Shown here one piece after another: positions 18,501-27,924 of a DNA stretch of 32,000 nucleotides. Location: NCBI GenBank assembly GCA_041662745.1, contig JBAZRV010000004.1, positions 60,001-92,000 of the forward strand. Reading direction: 5' to 3'. Under the pieces are notes generated by a model. That model had not been told where the DNA came from. It ran no database searches and saw nothing but the letters and a program-made list of their open reading frames with translations. Source of the stretch: Patescibacteria group bacterium. GTDB lineage: Bacteria > Patescibacteriota > Patescibacteriia > 2-01-FULL-39-33. The position numbers and the translations under genes were made by a program. Positions within the stretch are counted from its first letter, which is position 1. Each line of letters opens with the position of its first letter.

Positions 18501-19444
18501 CGCAAATCCGGCGGAATCACCGGAACGGCGGTCAAAACCATCCATTCGGGACGGAGATTATTCTTAATGAGATTATTAAAAAACTTTACGCGGCGGATCA
18601 GCTTGTCTTTCTTGGCGCCAACCGTAGCGGCGATTTGCTTATTCAATTCTTCCACGGTCTTAGCCAAATCAATGCGCGACATCAATTCGCGAATCGCTTC
18701 CGCACCGATGCCCGCTTCAAAAATATGCCCGTACTTCAGAGACAATTCATGAAAAACATGCTCGGAAATAATCTTTAGGGGGCGGATTTCTTTCAATTCA
18801 TTCTCCGCCATTAAGACGGTTTCCTCCAATTCTTTCAATTTTTCATCGCGCAGTTTGGTAAAATTTTCCAAAGCCTCGGACTTTTCCGCCTCAGAACTCC
18901 CAGCGGCGTTCAGTTGTCTGGCTTTATTATCATAATCGGACTCAATCTGCTTGCGATATTGCTTGTATTCGCCCCGCAGCTGTTCAAAAGTCTGATTCTT
19001 CAAGTCTTCATTAACATTGGTGATGATAAAATCGGCAAAATAAATAACTTTCTCCAGATTCTGAATAGACATGTCCAGCGCTAAGCCGATCTTGGACGGA
19101 ATGCCGCGCAAAAACCAAATATGAGAAACCGGCGACGCCAAATCAATATGGCCCATGCGTTCGCGGCGCACCACGGCGCGAGTCACTTCTACGCCGCACT
19201 TATCGCAGACAATGCCTTTATAGCGGATTTTCTTGTATTTGCCGCAATAACATTCCCAGTCCTTAATCGGACCAAAAATACGCTCGCAGAATAAGCCGTC
19301 TTTTTCCGGCTTCTGCGTACGGTAATTAATGGTTTCGGGACGCGTTACCTCGCCGTGCGACCAGGCATGGATATCCTCGGGCGATGCCATTTTTAACCTA
19401 ATGGAGTCAAAATGGATGTTGGGCACTTGTTCTTGATTGAACAT
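15557..19444 (-). CDS. rpoC: DNA-directed RNA polymerase subunit beta'
   Basis: [71 protein letters not shown]; 1295 aa. Confidence 0.99.
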   Translation of the reverse strand: MFNQEQVPNIHFDSIRLKMASPEDIHAWSHGEVTRPETINYRTQKPEKDGLFCERIFGPIKDWECYCGKYKKIRYKGIVCDKCGVEVTRAVVRRERMGHIDLASPVSHIWFLRGIPSKIGLALDMSIQNLEKVIYFADFIITNVNEDLKNQTFEQLRGEYKQYRKQIESDYDNKARQLNAAGSSEAEKSEALENFTKLRDEKLKELEETVLMAENELKEIRPLKIISEHVFHELSLKYGHIFEAGIGAEAIRELMSRIDLAKTVEELNKQIAATVGAKKDKLIRRVKFFNNLIKNNLRPEWMVLTAVPVIPPDLRPMVPLDGGRFATSDLNDLYRRVINRNNRLKQLQELNAPEVITRNEKRMLQEAVDSLIDNNARHGKTVVASTGQKRMLKSLADILKGKQGRFRQNLLGKRIDYSGRSVIVVGPKLHLDQCGIPKIMALELFKPFIISKLIERGVVHNIRSANRYIDAKHDEVWDILEEVVKGAHVLLNRAPTLHRLGIQAFKPILIEGLAIQIHPLVCAAFNADFDGDQMAVHVPLSEDANKEASERMLASKNLLKPASGQPIVTPNQDIVWGCYYLTTLDESQPVRAFSSLDEAILAVDKKIISLQSKIKVLYTRKADKRSKKELLETSVGRIIFNSVLPTEFDFINKRVGKKDLSKILADVLYQFGPEATVKTLDAMKDTGFKYLTLSAQSFGIADLVNVEGRDELVAQGDKEVDVIDGQYMMGLLTEDERHEKIVENWLRINTQILEKVKHCMTEGNSILSMIDSGARGSWGQLSQMIGMKGPVVNPNYEVIELPVKNNFKRGFNVLEFFISSHGARKGLSDTALRTSSAGYLTRRLVDVAQDIVINNEDCHDTSGLTVTKAESEVMGDKLANRLLGRYLVKDLIAGKKVVAKAGEMVTEEVAAKIGSAEIEEATYRSVMTCKNVRGVCSKCYGYDLAYNKPVELGVAVGVIAAESVGEPGTQLTMRTFHTGGVASESDITQGLPRVEEIFEARTPKNKAIIADVSGIVRIKEPRQREIIGEDGQPVIKTSGKERILEISFDQDKEKKINIPKGKKVVLQVKDGDEVKDGQVLYENGENKYFAPFAGTVKIDGRSLILLGNELGVKEYLVASVKSIMVKDNSKVEAGDQLTEGPLDLHQLHKLKEADFTKKYIMKEIQHIYSSQGQKINDKHVEVIVRQMFSKVYVLDSGDSDFMPGEVVEYVDVANANSELKKQKKNLAQYEQLLLGITKVSLSTRSWLASASFQETAKVLINAAITGKTDDLTGPKENIIIGRKIPAGTGFVYGKL

Positions 19445-19472
19445 ATTATATTAGTAATTAGAAATAAAAAGA

Positions 19473-22400
19473 TTAAGCGTCTATTTCTTCGTCATCCTTC
19501 ATCATGCCGGATTCAATTTTATCATCAACATTCCTGATCGGCTTATTGTTTTCCAATAATTCCACATTAAGCGCCAAACCCTTAAGTTCGCGAATCAAAA
19601 CATTAAACGATTCCGGAATATATAAATTGGTAATAGGCTCGCCCTTGATGATGTTCTCGTAGGTCTTGCTGCGGCCGACTACGTCATCTGACTTAATAGT
19701 CAAAATTTCCTGCAAAGTCGCGGCCGCGCCGTAAGCTTCCAAGGCCCAAACTTCCATTTCACCGAATCTTTGTCCGCCGAATTGCGCCTTGCCGCCCAAA
19801 GGCTGTTGGGTGATAAGAGAATAAGGACCAATGGAACGGGCATGGATTTTATCTTCTACCAAATGATTCAACTTCAGCATATACACCATGCCGACGGTTG
19901 ATTTCTTGGCAAAAGATTCACCGGTGCGGCCGTCATATAATTGGATGCGGCCGTCTTCCGGATAGCCGGCAGCCTTGAGTTGTTCGCGAATATTGTCTTC
20001 AGTCGCGCCGTTGAAAACGTTAGTCGCCACTTTGTAGTTCAAAGCCTTGGCGGCCAAGCCCAAATGAGTTTCTAAAATCTGTCCCAAATTCATGCGGGAA
20101 ACGACGCCCAAAGGAGACAAAATAATATCAACCGGCGTTCCATCGGCCAAATGCGGCATATCTTCTACGGGCACTACTTTGGAAATAACGCCCTTATTGC
20201 CGTGACGGCCGGCCATCTTATCGCCGACTTGCACCTTGCGCAAAGAAGCGACGGTCACCTGGACCATCTTAATCATGCCGGCTGACATCTTATCGCCGTT
20301 TTCGCGGGAGAAAATCTTAATGTCAATCACTTTGCCGGAAGAGCCGTGTTCCAAATATAATGAAGAATCGCGGACGTCCCGGGCCTTTTCGCCGAAAATG
20401 GCGCGCAACAATTTTTCCTCGGCCGACAATTCAGTCTCGCCCTTAGGCGTAATCTTGCCGCACAGGATATCGCCGGATTTAACGGTGGCGCCGATACGCA
20501 CAATTCCTTCCTCGTCCAAATCCTTCAATTTTTCTTCGCTGATGTTGGGAATATCGGAAGTAACGATTTCCGGGCCCAGCTTGGTTTCGCGAACTTCGCA
20601 AGTATAATTTTCAATATGGATTGAAGAGTAGCGATCCTTCTGCACCAATTTCTCCGACAAAATAATCGCATCTTCATAGTTATAACCCTGCCACGGCATA
20701 AAAGCGACCAAAACATTCTGACCCAGGGACAGCTCTCCCTGATCAGTGCCGGGACCGTCAGCCAAAACATCGCCCTTCTTAACCTCCTGATCAATGGCGA
20801 CAATCGGTTTCTGATTAATGCAAGTGGAGGCGTTGGATCTGGTATATTTGGTCAAGCGGTAGGTATCAATCTTATTGTTTTTATTCAAAATTTCAATCTT
20901 GTCGCCATGCAGGCCGATGACTTTGCCGTCTTCTTTGGCTAAAGCCACGTGGCCGGAATCGCGGGCGGCGATGCGTTCTAATCCGGTGCCGACTAAAGGC
21001 GCTTGCGGCCTGACCACGCAGACGGCTTGGCGTTGCATGTTCGTACCCATCAAAGCGCGGACGGCGTCATCATGTTCCAAAAAAGGAATGCAAGAAGTGG
21101 CGATGGAAACGATCTGGTTGGATGACACATCCATGTAATCAACCTGGTTAGTGGGAGCGACAGTCGGGTTCAGCTTGACGCGAGCTTCCACCTTATCCGA
21201 TTTAAAGTATCCTTTTTCATCAAGTTCGGTATTGTACGGAGTAGTGGTGGAACGGGATTCTTCAAAAGCGTCAATATATCTTATTTCATTGGTCACGCGC
21301 GGTCTAACGCTGATTTTATTCAATTCAATATTTTCCGCCAAAGCTTTAGCGGCGTCTTTTCCGATTTCCTCTCCGGCTTTGACTATGATTGAACCGTTTG
21401 CGTCTCGCAAATCAACTTGAGCGATTTCGCCGACGGCGGTTTTTCCGTCATTAGCCAAAGTATGCGCCACCTTATAATAAGGGGCTTCAATAAAACCGTA
21501 TTCGTTAATGCGGCAATAACCGGCCAAATGACCGACCAAACCGATATTGGGACCTTCCGGGGTGGCGATAGGACAGATTCTGCCATAGTGAGTCGGATGC
21601 ACGTCGCGCACTTCAAAACCGGCGCGTTCACGGGACAAGCCGCCCGGACCGAGCGCGGAAATTCTGCGTTTGTGCTCCAGCTCGGCCAAGGGATTAACCT
21701 GGTCCATGAATTGCGACAGCTGCGAAGACATGAAAAACTCCTTGACCACCGACATTAGCGGTCGAGCATTGGTTAATTTAGACGGACTAAGAGTAGTGAC
21801 ATCCAAAGTGGACATGCGATCTTTGATGATCCTTTCCATTCTGGCCAGACCGATGCGGAATTTGGCTTGAACCAATTCGCCCACGGCTTTGACGCGACGA
21901 TTGCCCAAATGATCAATATCGTCAGCTCGTTCTTGGGTCAAGGTCAGACGCATGATTTCTTTCAGGATATTAATGATGTCCTCTCTTAAGAGAACTCTGC
22001 TTTCCTTGTTGATTTCACGGTCGCTCTCAAAGCGCTGATTCATTTTGTAACGGCCGACCGAACCGAAATCATAACGCGAAAAATTGAAAAACATGTTATC
22101 AATCAACTGCTTGGCGTTATCGGGCGCGGCCAAATCTCCGGGGCGGATACGCTTATAAACTTCAATCAAGCCCTCGGCTTCATTTTCCGAAGCGTCTTTT
22201 TTAATGGTCGCTTCAATAAATTCGCTGGCGCCGTCAAAATCGGTAAACTGACCAAGTATCTCTTCATTGCTGGAAAAACCGAAAGCGCGCAACAAAGCGG
22301 TTACGGCTACTTTTCTTTTGCGGTCAATTTTAACCCAGAGAACTTTGTTCAAGTCAGTCTCAAATTCCAGCCAAGAACCGCGGTTGGGAATAACCTTGGC

Positions 22401-22877
22401 GCCATATAATTTGCGATCAACGGCCGGGGTGGAGGTAAAGAAAACGCCGGCCGACCGGACCAGTTGAGAAACGACAACGCGTTCAATGCCATTGACGATG
22501 AACGTGCCGCGATCAGTCATTAAAGGATAGTCGCCCAAATAAATCTCCTGTTCCATGCTTTGGCCGGTCTTTTTGTTGACTAATTTAACATTAACGCGCA
22601 ACGGCGCTTCGTAGGTAATGTTTTTTTCCTTGGAGGCCACCTCGTCAAACTTGGGTTCATCCATGTAATAATTCATGAAATAAACTTCCAGGTCACGGCC
22701 GATAAAATCAGTGATGGGAGAGAATTCATCCAAAAGCTCGCGTAAGCCAACCTTCCAGAACCAGTCATAGGACCATTTCTGCAATTCAATCAAATCAGGC
22801 GCCTGAAACAAGTTTTTTGTCAGAGGCGCAAAATTAACCCGACCGTTAATCACGTTCAAATTATTTTTATTAGACAT
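19473..22877 (-). CDS. rpoB: DNA-directed RNA polymerase subunit beta
   Basis: SSQLSQFMDQVNPLAELEHKRRISALGPGGLSRERAGFEVRDVHPTHYGRICPIATPEGPNIGLV; KGGKAQFGG-like GKAQFGGQRFGEMEVWALEAYGAA; 1134 aa. Confidence 0.99.
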   Translation of the reverse strand: MSNKNNLNVINGRVNFAPLTKNLFQAPDLIELQKWSYDWFWKVGLRELLDEFSPITDFIGRDLEVYFMNYYMDEPKFDEVASKEKNITYEAPLRVNVKLVNKKTGQSMEQEIYLGDYPLMTDRGTFIVNGIERVVVSQLVRSAGVFFTSTPAVDRKLYGAKVIPNRGSWLEFETDLNKVLWVKIDRKRKVAVTALLRAFGFSSNEEILGQFTDFDGASEFIEATIKKDASENEAEGLIEVYKRIRPGDLAAPDNAKQLIDNMFFNFSRYDFGSVGRYKMNQRFESDREINKESRVLLREDIINILKEIMRLTLTQERADDIDHLGNRRVKAVGELVQAKFRIGLARMERIIKDRMSTLDVTTLSPSKLTNARPLMSVVKEFFMSSQLSQFMDQVNPLAELEHKRRISALGPGGLSRERAGFEVRDVHPTHYGRICPIATPEGPNIGLVGHLAGYCRINEYGFIEAPYYKVAHTLANDGKTAVGEIAQVDLRDANGSIIVKAGEEIGKDAAKALAENIELNKISVRPRVTNEIRYIDAFEESRSTTTPYNTELDEKGYFKSDKVEARVKLNPTVAPTNQVDYMDVSSNQIVSIATSCIPFLEHDDAVRALMGTNMQRQAVCVVRPQAPLVGTGLERIAARDSGHVALAKEDGKVIGLHGDKIEILNKNNKIDTYRLTKYTRSNASTCINQKPIVAIDQEVKKGDVLADGPGTDQGELSLGQNVLVAFMPWQGYNYEDAIILSEKLVQKDRYSSIHIENYTCEVRETKLGPEIVTSDIPNISEEKLKDLDEEGIVRIGATVKSGDILCGKITPKGETELSAEEKLLRAIFGEKARDVRDSSLYLEHGSSGKVIDIKIFSRENGDKMSAGMIKMVQVTVASLRKVQVGDKMAGRHGNKGVISKVVPVEDMPHLADGTPVDIILSPLGVVSRMNLGQILETHLGLAAKALNYKVATNVFNGATEDNIREQLKAAGYPEDGRIQLYDGRTGESFAKKSTVGMVYMLKLNHLVEDKIHARSIGPYSLITQQPLGGKAQFGGQRFGEMEVWALEAYGAAATLQEILTIKSDDVVGRSKTYENIIKGEPITNLYIPESFNVLIRELKGLALNVELLENNKPIRNVDDKIESGMMKDDEEIDA

Positions 22878-22902
22878 AAAAAAGCCCTCATTTCCCTTAT
22901 TT

Positions 22903-23041
22903 TAGCCAAATATTTGGCTATGAGCGTTAGAAATGAGTTCGATTATTTATTTATTGAGTTGTATTTTTAGAATAAGACACTAATTTTTACGGCTTATTAG
23001 TGTTCACGAGCACTCTAAATGACTTCTCCGCCCGTTAGCGG
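22903..23041 (-). promoter_or_regulatory. Cluster of inverted repeats upstream of rpoB
   Basis: TAGCCAAATATTTGGCTA 18-bp palindrome (22903-22920); ACACTAAT(22977-22984)/ATTAGTGT(22996-23003); CCGC(23028-23031)/GCGG(23038-23041). Confidence 0.45.
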
Positions 23042-23363
23042 ATAAAGATTCAATATAATTATATTAACAGAAACGATAAAAGAAGTCAATAGTTTTTTGA
23101 CCACTTGAGCAAGATTTTATTATTTGTCAAATAATAATTAATTATTACCTAAATTTAGCCAATAACACATCAAAAATAACCAAAAATTAAAAACTATTGA
23201 TTAAAAATTATTTGAGTTATCCACAGGGTAATTACTAATCAACTCAATAGTCAAACCGCAATAGTTGATTTTTTTATCATTAACAACTATACTTATCAAT
23301 ACATTTTAGCAAAAAATGAGGCACCTTACAAAAAATTACATAAAAAAACCAAAGGAGTAAAAA

Positions 23364-25073
23364 ATGGACACGAAACTCTTGCGTCTGATCATACCCGCCT
23401 CTCCCCCGTTTAATCCTTATAAACGATTTTATGGCCGTACGACCGCCCTGGGAACGATCCTAACCGCCTCGGCGGCTAATAAAATACCGGGCTGGGAAGT
23501 TGAAGTGATTGACGAAAACAACTGCCATAATCTTCCTGCTTGGCTTAAGCTAACGGCAGACGGCCGGATTGATCATGGATTGCTGCAACAAGAACGGCCG
23601 GCCCAAATTGTCGCTCTCTGCGCTTCACTTAGTTCAACTATGCCTCGTGTCTTTGAGTTGGCTGGGATTTACCAATCATGCGGAGCGCTTACGGTGGCGG
23701 GGGGCTATCATGCAAGCGCTCTGCCGGAAGAAGCGCTTGATCATCATCTGGATATCATAATCATGAACGACGGAGAAAAAACTATTAGGCAAGTCATAAA
23801 TACTTATGACTCTTTATGCCAGGATGTTAATTATGGCTTGCATCTGACCTGCCGAGCGCAGGGGGCCTATAAAAACAACTGCTCGTCCCATTTTTATGAA
23901 TTGGAAGAAAAAATAAAAAACTATTGGCTTAAAGTGGACGGCATCGCTTTCCGGCATATTGATAAAACCATAATTAATCCGTCCGCCGATCAATCGCACA
24001 ATTGCCGATCGGCCTTATTGCCTAATTTCGGTTTGTTACGCTATGGCAAATTGGAAGTCTATCCGATTAATTGGCGCCGCGGCTGCTCGCTTAAATGCGA
24101 ATTCTGCGCCGTCAGAGAAAAACCCGGCAAGGAGTCAGCCCTTGATCTGTTTAAGGTTGTCCGGCATTGCCACGAAAAATTCGGCGCTGATAAATTTTTT
24201 ATCGTTGACGATCGCTTCGGCGGTAATCTGATAAACAAGACAGAACGCGCTGAACTGATCTCGGCCTTGAAACTGCTTATCGCCTACCAGAAAAAAATCA
24301 ACCGGCATTTTAGCTTTAGCGCTCAACTGGAACTCAACGCTTCCGGCGATACCGAGCTCCTCTTTTTGCTGCGCCAAGCGGGGGTAGATACCGTACGCCT
24401 AAGCTACGATTCGTCAATTATTGAGGCTCCAGAGTTTAATGATGGGACCTACCATCGGACGACTAAAGGCCAGACCATAAAATGGCGCACCATGGTTCAT
24501 TACACTCGGCAATGGCGCCAGGCGGGATTCCTTGTTCATGGCATGTTTATCTTTAACTATCCAAAAAAAACAGAGGCGATTGCCGATTGGCCTGATGGGG
24601 CGGAACGGCAGGGCCGGTTAAGCGCCGAAACAAAAAAGATTATTGAGCTTGTGGCCGAAGCCGAACAAGCTTACGGCTTAAGCAAATTGCCGACAATAAA
24701 AAACCGAGTCCGCGCCGTCAAGGAATTCATCAAATGGGCGGGAATAAACACAGTCCAAGTGGCTTTGGCCGTACCCTCGCCGGGGACTGCCTTGCGCGAC
24801 CGATTGGAAAAATCCGGACAGCTTTTCCCCGTAACAGCAATCGGCTGGGAATATTACGACGGGCAATTCCCGCTCTACCAACCGAGCAACTGCGAAGCGG
24901 AAGAAATGTGGCAAGGAGCCCAGGACATCATGTCCGGCTTTTACGGTTTGAGAAACTTTCTCCGCCAAGCTTCTTTCAACGGCTGGCCGTTCCGGCGAAA
25001 CCGGCTGAATGAATCCGTACGCCGTGATTTTTCAGCTAAACTAAAAAGAGCCAGAGCGGCTCTTAATCAGTAA
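23364..25073 (+). CDS. Radical SAM protein with N-terminal B12-binding-type domain
   Basis: GGYHASALPEEALDHHLDIIIMNDGEKT domain signature; NWRRGCSLKCEFC gives CxxxCxxC; FFIVDDRFG. SD AAAGGAG upstream of the ATG. Confidence 0.88.
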   Translation: MDTKLLRLIIPASPPFNPYKRFYGRTTALGTILTASAANKIPGWEVEVIDENNCHNLPAWLKLTADGRIDHGLLQQERPAQIVALCASLSSTMPRVFELAGIYQSCGALTVAGGYHASALPEEALDHHLDIIIMNDGEKTIRQVINTYDSLCQDVNYGLHLTCRAQGAYKNNCSSHFYELEEKIKNYWLKVDGIAFRHIDKTIINPSADQSHNCRSALLPNFGLLRYGKLEVYPINWRRGCSLKCEFCAVREKPGKESALDLFKVVRHCHEKFGADKFFIVDDRFGGNLINKTERAELISALKLLIAYQKKINRHFSFSAQLELNASGDTELLFLLRQAGVDTVRLSYDSSIIEAPEFNDGTYHRTTKGQTIKWRTMVHYTRQWRQAGFLVHGMFIFNYPKKTEAIADWPDGAERQGRLSAETKKIIELVAEAEQAYGLSKLPTIKNRVRAVKEFIKWAGINTVQVALAVPSPGTALRDRLEKSGQLFPVTAIGWEYYDGQFPLYQPSNCEAEEMWQGAQDIMSGFYGLRNFLRQASFNGWPFRRNRLNESVRRDFSAKLKRARAALNQ

Positions 25074-25080
25074 TCGCACT

Positions 25081-25389
25081 TTAGACCGTTCGTTTTAATG
25101 AACGGTTTTTATTTTGCCAAAATTCTTCAATCTGTTCGGCGACGATCGCCGGCTTGGCAGTATAAACAAACAGGAACTGCCGGGCGTTAACGCCGCGAAT
25201 CATTAACTTTAATCCCGCCTCAATCGCGGTTATTTTCATTCGACGCGGACCAGGCTCAATGGATTTTATTTCTCCGGTGACGATTTTTGCAACCAGCGGG
25301 TGGCGGTACAGGAATTTCACCAATTTATCCGCTTCGCCGATAACCGTTGAATGGCCCGAAGCGACTTTCTTTCCGGCGATATGAGGCAT
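25081..25389 (-). CDS. DUF2103-like small protein
   Basis: SGHSTVIGEADKLVKFLYRHPLVAKIVTGEIKSIEPGPRRMKITAIEAGLKLMIRGVNARQFLFVYTAKPAIVAEQIEEF matches my recollection of that family; not searched. Confidence 0.6.
   Translation of the reverse strand: MPHIAGKKVASGHSTVIGEADKLVKFLYRHPLVAKIVTGEIKSIEPGPRRMKITAIEAGLKLMIRGVNARQFLFVYTAKPAIVAEQIEEFWQNKNRSLKRTV
25086..25110 (+). terminator. Terminator after the radical SAM gene, overlapping the 3' end of the convergent DUF2103-like ORF
   Basis: CCGTTC-GTTTTAAT-GAACGG followed by TTTTT. Confidence 0.8.
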
Positions 25390-25429
25390 AATTAATTAAT
25401 AGAAGAAAATAATAAATTGTGGGGATCTT

Positions 25430-26749
25430 TTAGAAGCCGAAAAACTGTTTAAGCAGTTCTCTAACCACTTCCCGTTCATCCCATTTTAATTTAAGGCCGT
25501 TAGCGACGCAAATCACCTGTTCCGAACCTTTGCCGGTCAAAAGCACTAGATCGCCGGCTTGCGCCCGGCTTAAAGCAAACTTAATGGCCTCGCGCCGATC
25601 CAAAATCCTGAATAAATTATCGCCTTCAATCTTGCCGATAGCCTTGGCGCCTGCCGCCACTTGATCAATAATCATCTGGGGATCATCGTCGTAGGGATCT
25701 TCATCGGTTACTATGCAAACATCGGCATTTTGCGCCGACAATTCGCCCAAGACAGATCGACGGCTAACATCCCGGCCGCCGCCGCAAGACCCGAAAACAT
25801 GGATTATCTTATTGCCCGAGTCAACCAACTGATGCTCCCTGATAGTGGCGAACAATTGCCGCATTGATTCCGGTTCGGGAGCATAATCAACCAAAACCTT
25901 AAACGGCTGGCCGGCAATGATAAATTCCATCCGGCCCGGCACGCCGCCGACTTGCTCTAATGCTTGACGGCATTGCTCCAACGATATTCCCTGCGATTGC
26001 GCCACGGCCAGCGCCGCCAGAGAATTATAAATATTGAACTTGCCAAACAATTTAAGATCAAACTTTTCCTCTCCGACGGTAAAGCTGACGCCATTGGGCC
26101 GATAGGAAATGTTTTCCGCTTTAAGCTGATTGCCATCGGCTAAACCAAAAACAATCTTTTTATCAACTTGAAAATCCAAAAATTCTTTGGCCTGCCGATC
26201 ATCGCCGTTAACAACTATGGCTTTGGCAATCTTTCGGCCGCCAATCGCCTTAACCGGCGCATCCGCCAAATGCTTGAACAACTTTAATTTGGCTTTTTTA
26301 TAATTGTCAAAGCCGCCATGCGCTTCAATATGTTCGGGCGTCAGATTGGTAAAAACGCAAACATCATAATGAATCCCCAGGTGGCGGTATTGCTCAATGC
26401 CCTGGGAGGAAGTTTCAATCACCGCGTAACGGCAGCCGGCCGCGACCATCTGCCTAAGGAGTTTCTGCAAGGCGAATCGTCCCAACATGGTCATCTTTTT
26501 ATCGTTCAGCCATTCCTTATCGGCAAGCTTAAACAAAGTCGTGGAAGCGGCGCCGACCCTGTAACCGGCTTTCTCCAGGATTTCAGCGATCAGGCTGACC
26601 GTGCTGGACTTGCCGTTAGTGCCGGTCACGCCGATGACAACCATTTTTTCCGACGGCCGGCCGTAAATAATATCAGCCAAAACCGCCAACAATTTATGGT
26701 AGGCGGCCAGCCAAACGGCAGGAATTAATTTTTTTATTTCAGTTAACAT
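25430..26749 (-). CDS. Mur ligase family protein, MurE-like, lacking the N-terminal domain
   Basis: VVIGVTGTNGKSSTVSLIAEILEKAGYRVGAASTT, CVFTNLTPEHIEAHGG, VLVDYAPEPESM, FGSCGGGRDVSRR, VTDEDPYDDDPQ, GDLVLLTGKGSE. Start at MLTEIKK (26749). Confidence 0.88.
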   Translation of the reverse strand: MLTEIKKLIPAVWLAAYHKLLAVLADIIYGRPSEKMVVIGVTGTNGKSSTVSLIAEILEKAGYRVGAASTTLFKLADKEWLNDKKMTMLGRFALQKLLRQMVAAGCRYAVIETSSQGIEQYRHLGIHYDVCVFTNLTPEHIEAHGGFDNYKKAKLKLFKHLADAPVKAIGGRKIAKAIVVNGDDRQAKEFLDFQVDKKIVFGLADGNQLKAENISYRPNGVSFTVGEEKFDLKLFGKFNIYNSLAALAVAQSQGISLEQCRQALEQVGGVPGRMEFIIAGQPFKVLVDYAPEPESMRQLFATIREHQLVDSGNKIIHVFGSCGGGRDVSRRSVLGELSAQNADVCIVTDEDPYDDDPQMIIDQVAAGAKAIGKIEGDNLFRILDRREAIKFALSRAQAGDLVLLTGKGSEQVICVANGLKLKWDEREVVRELLKQFFGF

Positions 26750-26760
26750 AAAATTACGCC

Positions 26761-27342
26761 TTACCTTCCTAAAATCTTTAACGCTTCTTTGATTTTCTCG
26801 CCCGCATCCGGCGACTGGCATTGGCCAAGCGCCTCGCGCGCCTGACCGGTTGAATAACCCAAAGACACCAGGGCCTCCAAAGCATCGCCGAAACCGTCAT
26901 TCCAAGAGGCGGCGACTCCAGCCATGTTCCCGCCCAATTTATCCTTAAGACCTATTACGATCTTTTCCGCCGTCTTGGGTCCGATGCCGGAAACCTTGGC
27001 TAAAATCTCGTGATTGCCGCTCTGCACGGCGGTTACGATATCGTCAATCTTGGCTTTGCGCAAAATATCCAAAGCGCTTCTCGGGCCGATGCCGGATAAA
27101 GATAATAATAATTCAAAAAATTCCAATTCTTCTTGGGTGGCAAAACCGTACAAATCCAATACGCTTTCGGCTACTTGCGTATAAATAAAAACTTCCGCCG
27201 TCTGCCCGATAGCAAAATCGTTCAATAATCGATCCAAAACATAAACTTTGTAGCCGACTCCGCCGACATCAATCACAACAAAATTTTCCTTTTTCAGTTG
27301 CTGGGATTTTAAGCGGATTTGGCCCTTAAGATAAGCAATCAT
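26761..27342 (-). CDS. ruvA: Holliday junction branch migration protein RuvA
   Basis: MIAYLKGQ..., FVVIDVGGVGYKVYV, LDLYGFATQEELEFFELLLSLSGIGPRSALDIL, VSGIGPKTAEKIVIGLKDKL. Confidence 0.95.
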   Translation of the reverse strand: MIAYLKGQIRLKSQQLKKENFVVIDVGGVGYKVYVLDRLLNDFAIGQTAEVFIYTQVAESVLDLYGFATQEELEFFELLLSLSGIGPRSALDILRKAKIDDIVTAVQSGNHEILAKVSGIGPKTAEKIVIGLKDKLGGNMAGVAASWNDGFGDALEALVSLGYSTGQAREALGQCQSPDAGEKIKEALKILGR

Positions 27343-27347
27343 AAAGC

Positions 27348-27376
27348 TTGACAAAAATTGTTTACCTCACTATAAT
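27348..27376 (+). promoter_or_regulatory. Perfect consensus sigma70 promoter for the Cys-rich miniprotein pair
   Basis: TTGACA (27348-27353), exactly 17 bp spacer, TATAAT (27371-27376). Confidence 0.88.
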
Positions 27377-27433
27377 ACAGCAAAACAGAACATTTTACAA
27401 CTCGCTCGAACCAGACAATAAAGGAGGTTGCTT

Positions 27434-27643
27434 ATGCCTGATACCTGCCGGCATGTCCCGGAATTCGCGACAAGAGACGAGAAGGTTTGCCGATTGTGCG
27501 GCAAGGAGCTTGGAAAACATGAACCGCTTACGCCGGAAAAAATAACCGCATTGCTGGGAGCGGAAATGCCGGCGCAAAAAAGATTCGTCATTACCGGCGG
27601 CCTCGGATGCTTCCTATTGTCTCTGCTGAAAAAAACAGGCTGA
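27434..27643 (+). CDS. 69-aa Cys/His-containing small protein with a short C-terminal hydrophobic stretch
   Basis: MPDTCRHVPEFATRDEKVCRLCGKELGKHEPLTPEKITALLGAEMPAQKRFVITGGLGCFLLSLLKKTG; very strong SD AAAGGAGG (27420-27427), 6 bp before the ATG. Confidence 0.75.
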   Translation: MPDTCRHVPEFATRDEKVCRLCGKELGKHEPLTPEKITALLGAEMPAQKRFVITGGLGCFLLSLLKKTG

Positions 27644-27663
27644 TAAAGTGGGGGGAGAATCAT

Positions 27664-27864
27664 ATGCCTCAAGGCAAAGAAGGGCAACCACATCAGCACC
27701 ATTGGGAGGCGGTTGATTTTGATAATATGGCGGATGACCGCATTAAATGCGCGGTCTGCGGATTAACTAAAGTTTGCGAACACAACGCCGGTGAATTCAT
27801 TGAGAATCCCAGCGGCTGCTGCTTTTGCAGGCTCTGTGGCCGCTTCCGCGGATTGGCCCATTGA
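27664..27864 (+). CDS. 66-aa Cys-rich putative zinc-ribbon protein
   Basis: MPQGKEGQPHQHHWEAVDFDNMADDRIKCAVCGLTKVCEHNAGEFIENPSGCCFCRLCGRFRGLAH; SD GGGGGAG upstream; in tandem with the previous gene. Confidence 0.75.
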   Translation: MPQGKEGQPHQHHWEAVDFDNMADDRIKCAVCGLTKVCEHNAGEFIENPSGCCFCRLCGRFRGLAH

Positions 27865-27886
27865 TCGGCCAGACAAAAAGTACAAC

Positions 27887-27916
27887 AAAAGCTGTCGAAA
27901 ATTTTCGACAGCTTTT
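27887..27916. terminator. Perfect palindromic bidirectional terminator
   Basis: AAAAGCTGTCGAAAATTTTCGACAGCTTTT between the convergent miniprotein operon and NIF3-like gene. Confidence 0.9.
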
Positions 27917-27924
27917 TATTTTTC

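Noticed and set aside
22999-23018. Possible CIRCE (HrcA) element near TTAGTGTTCACGAGCACTCTAA
   Set aside because: Does not match TTAGCACTC-N9-GAGTGCTAA in order or spacing; only an imperfect palindrome.
26318-26728. 136-aa plus-strand ORF
   Set aside because: Antisense to the MurE-like ligase.
27370-27702. 110-aa minus-strand ORF opposite the small Cys-rich genes
   Set aside because: The plus strand has a consensus promoter, strong SDs and Cys-motif proteins; the minus ORF has none and starts inside the downstream gene.
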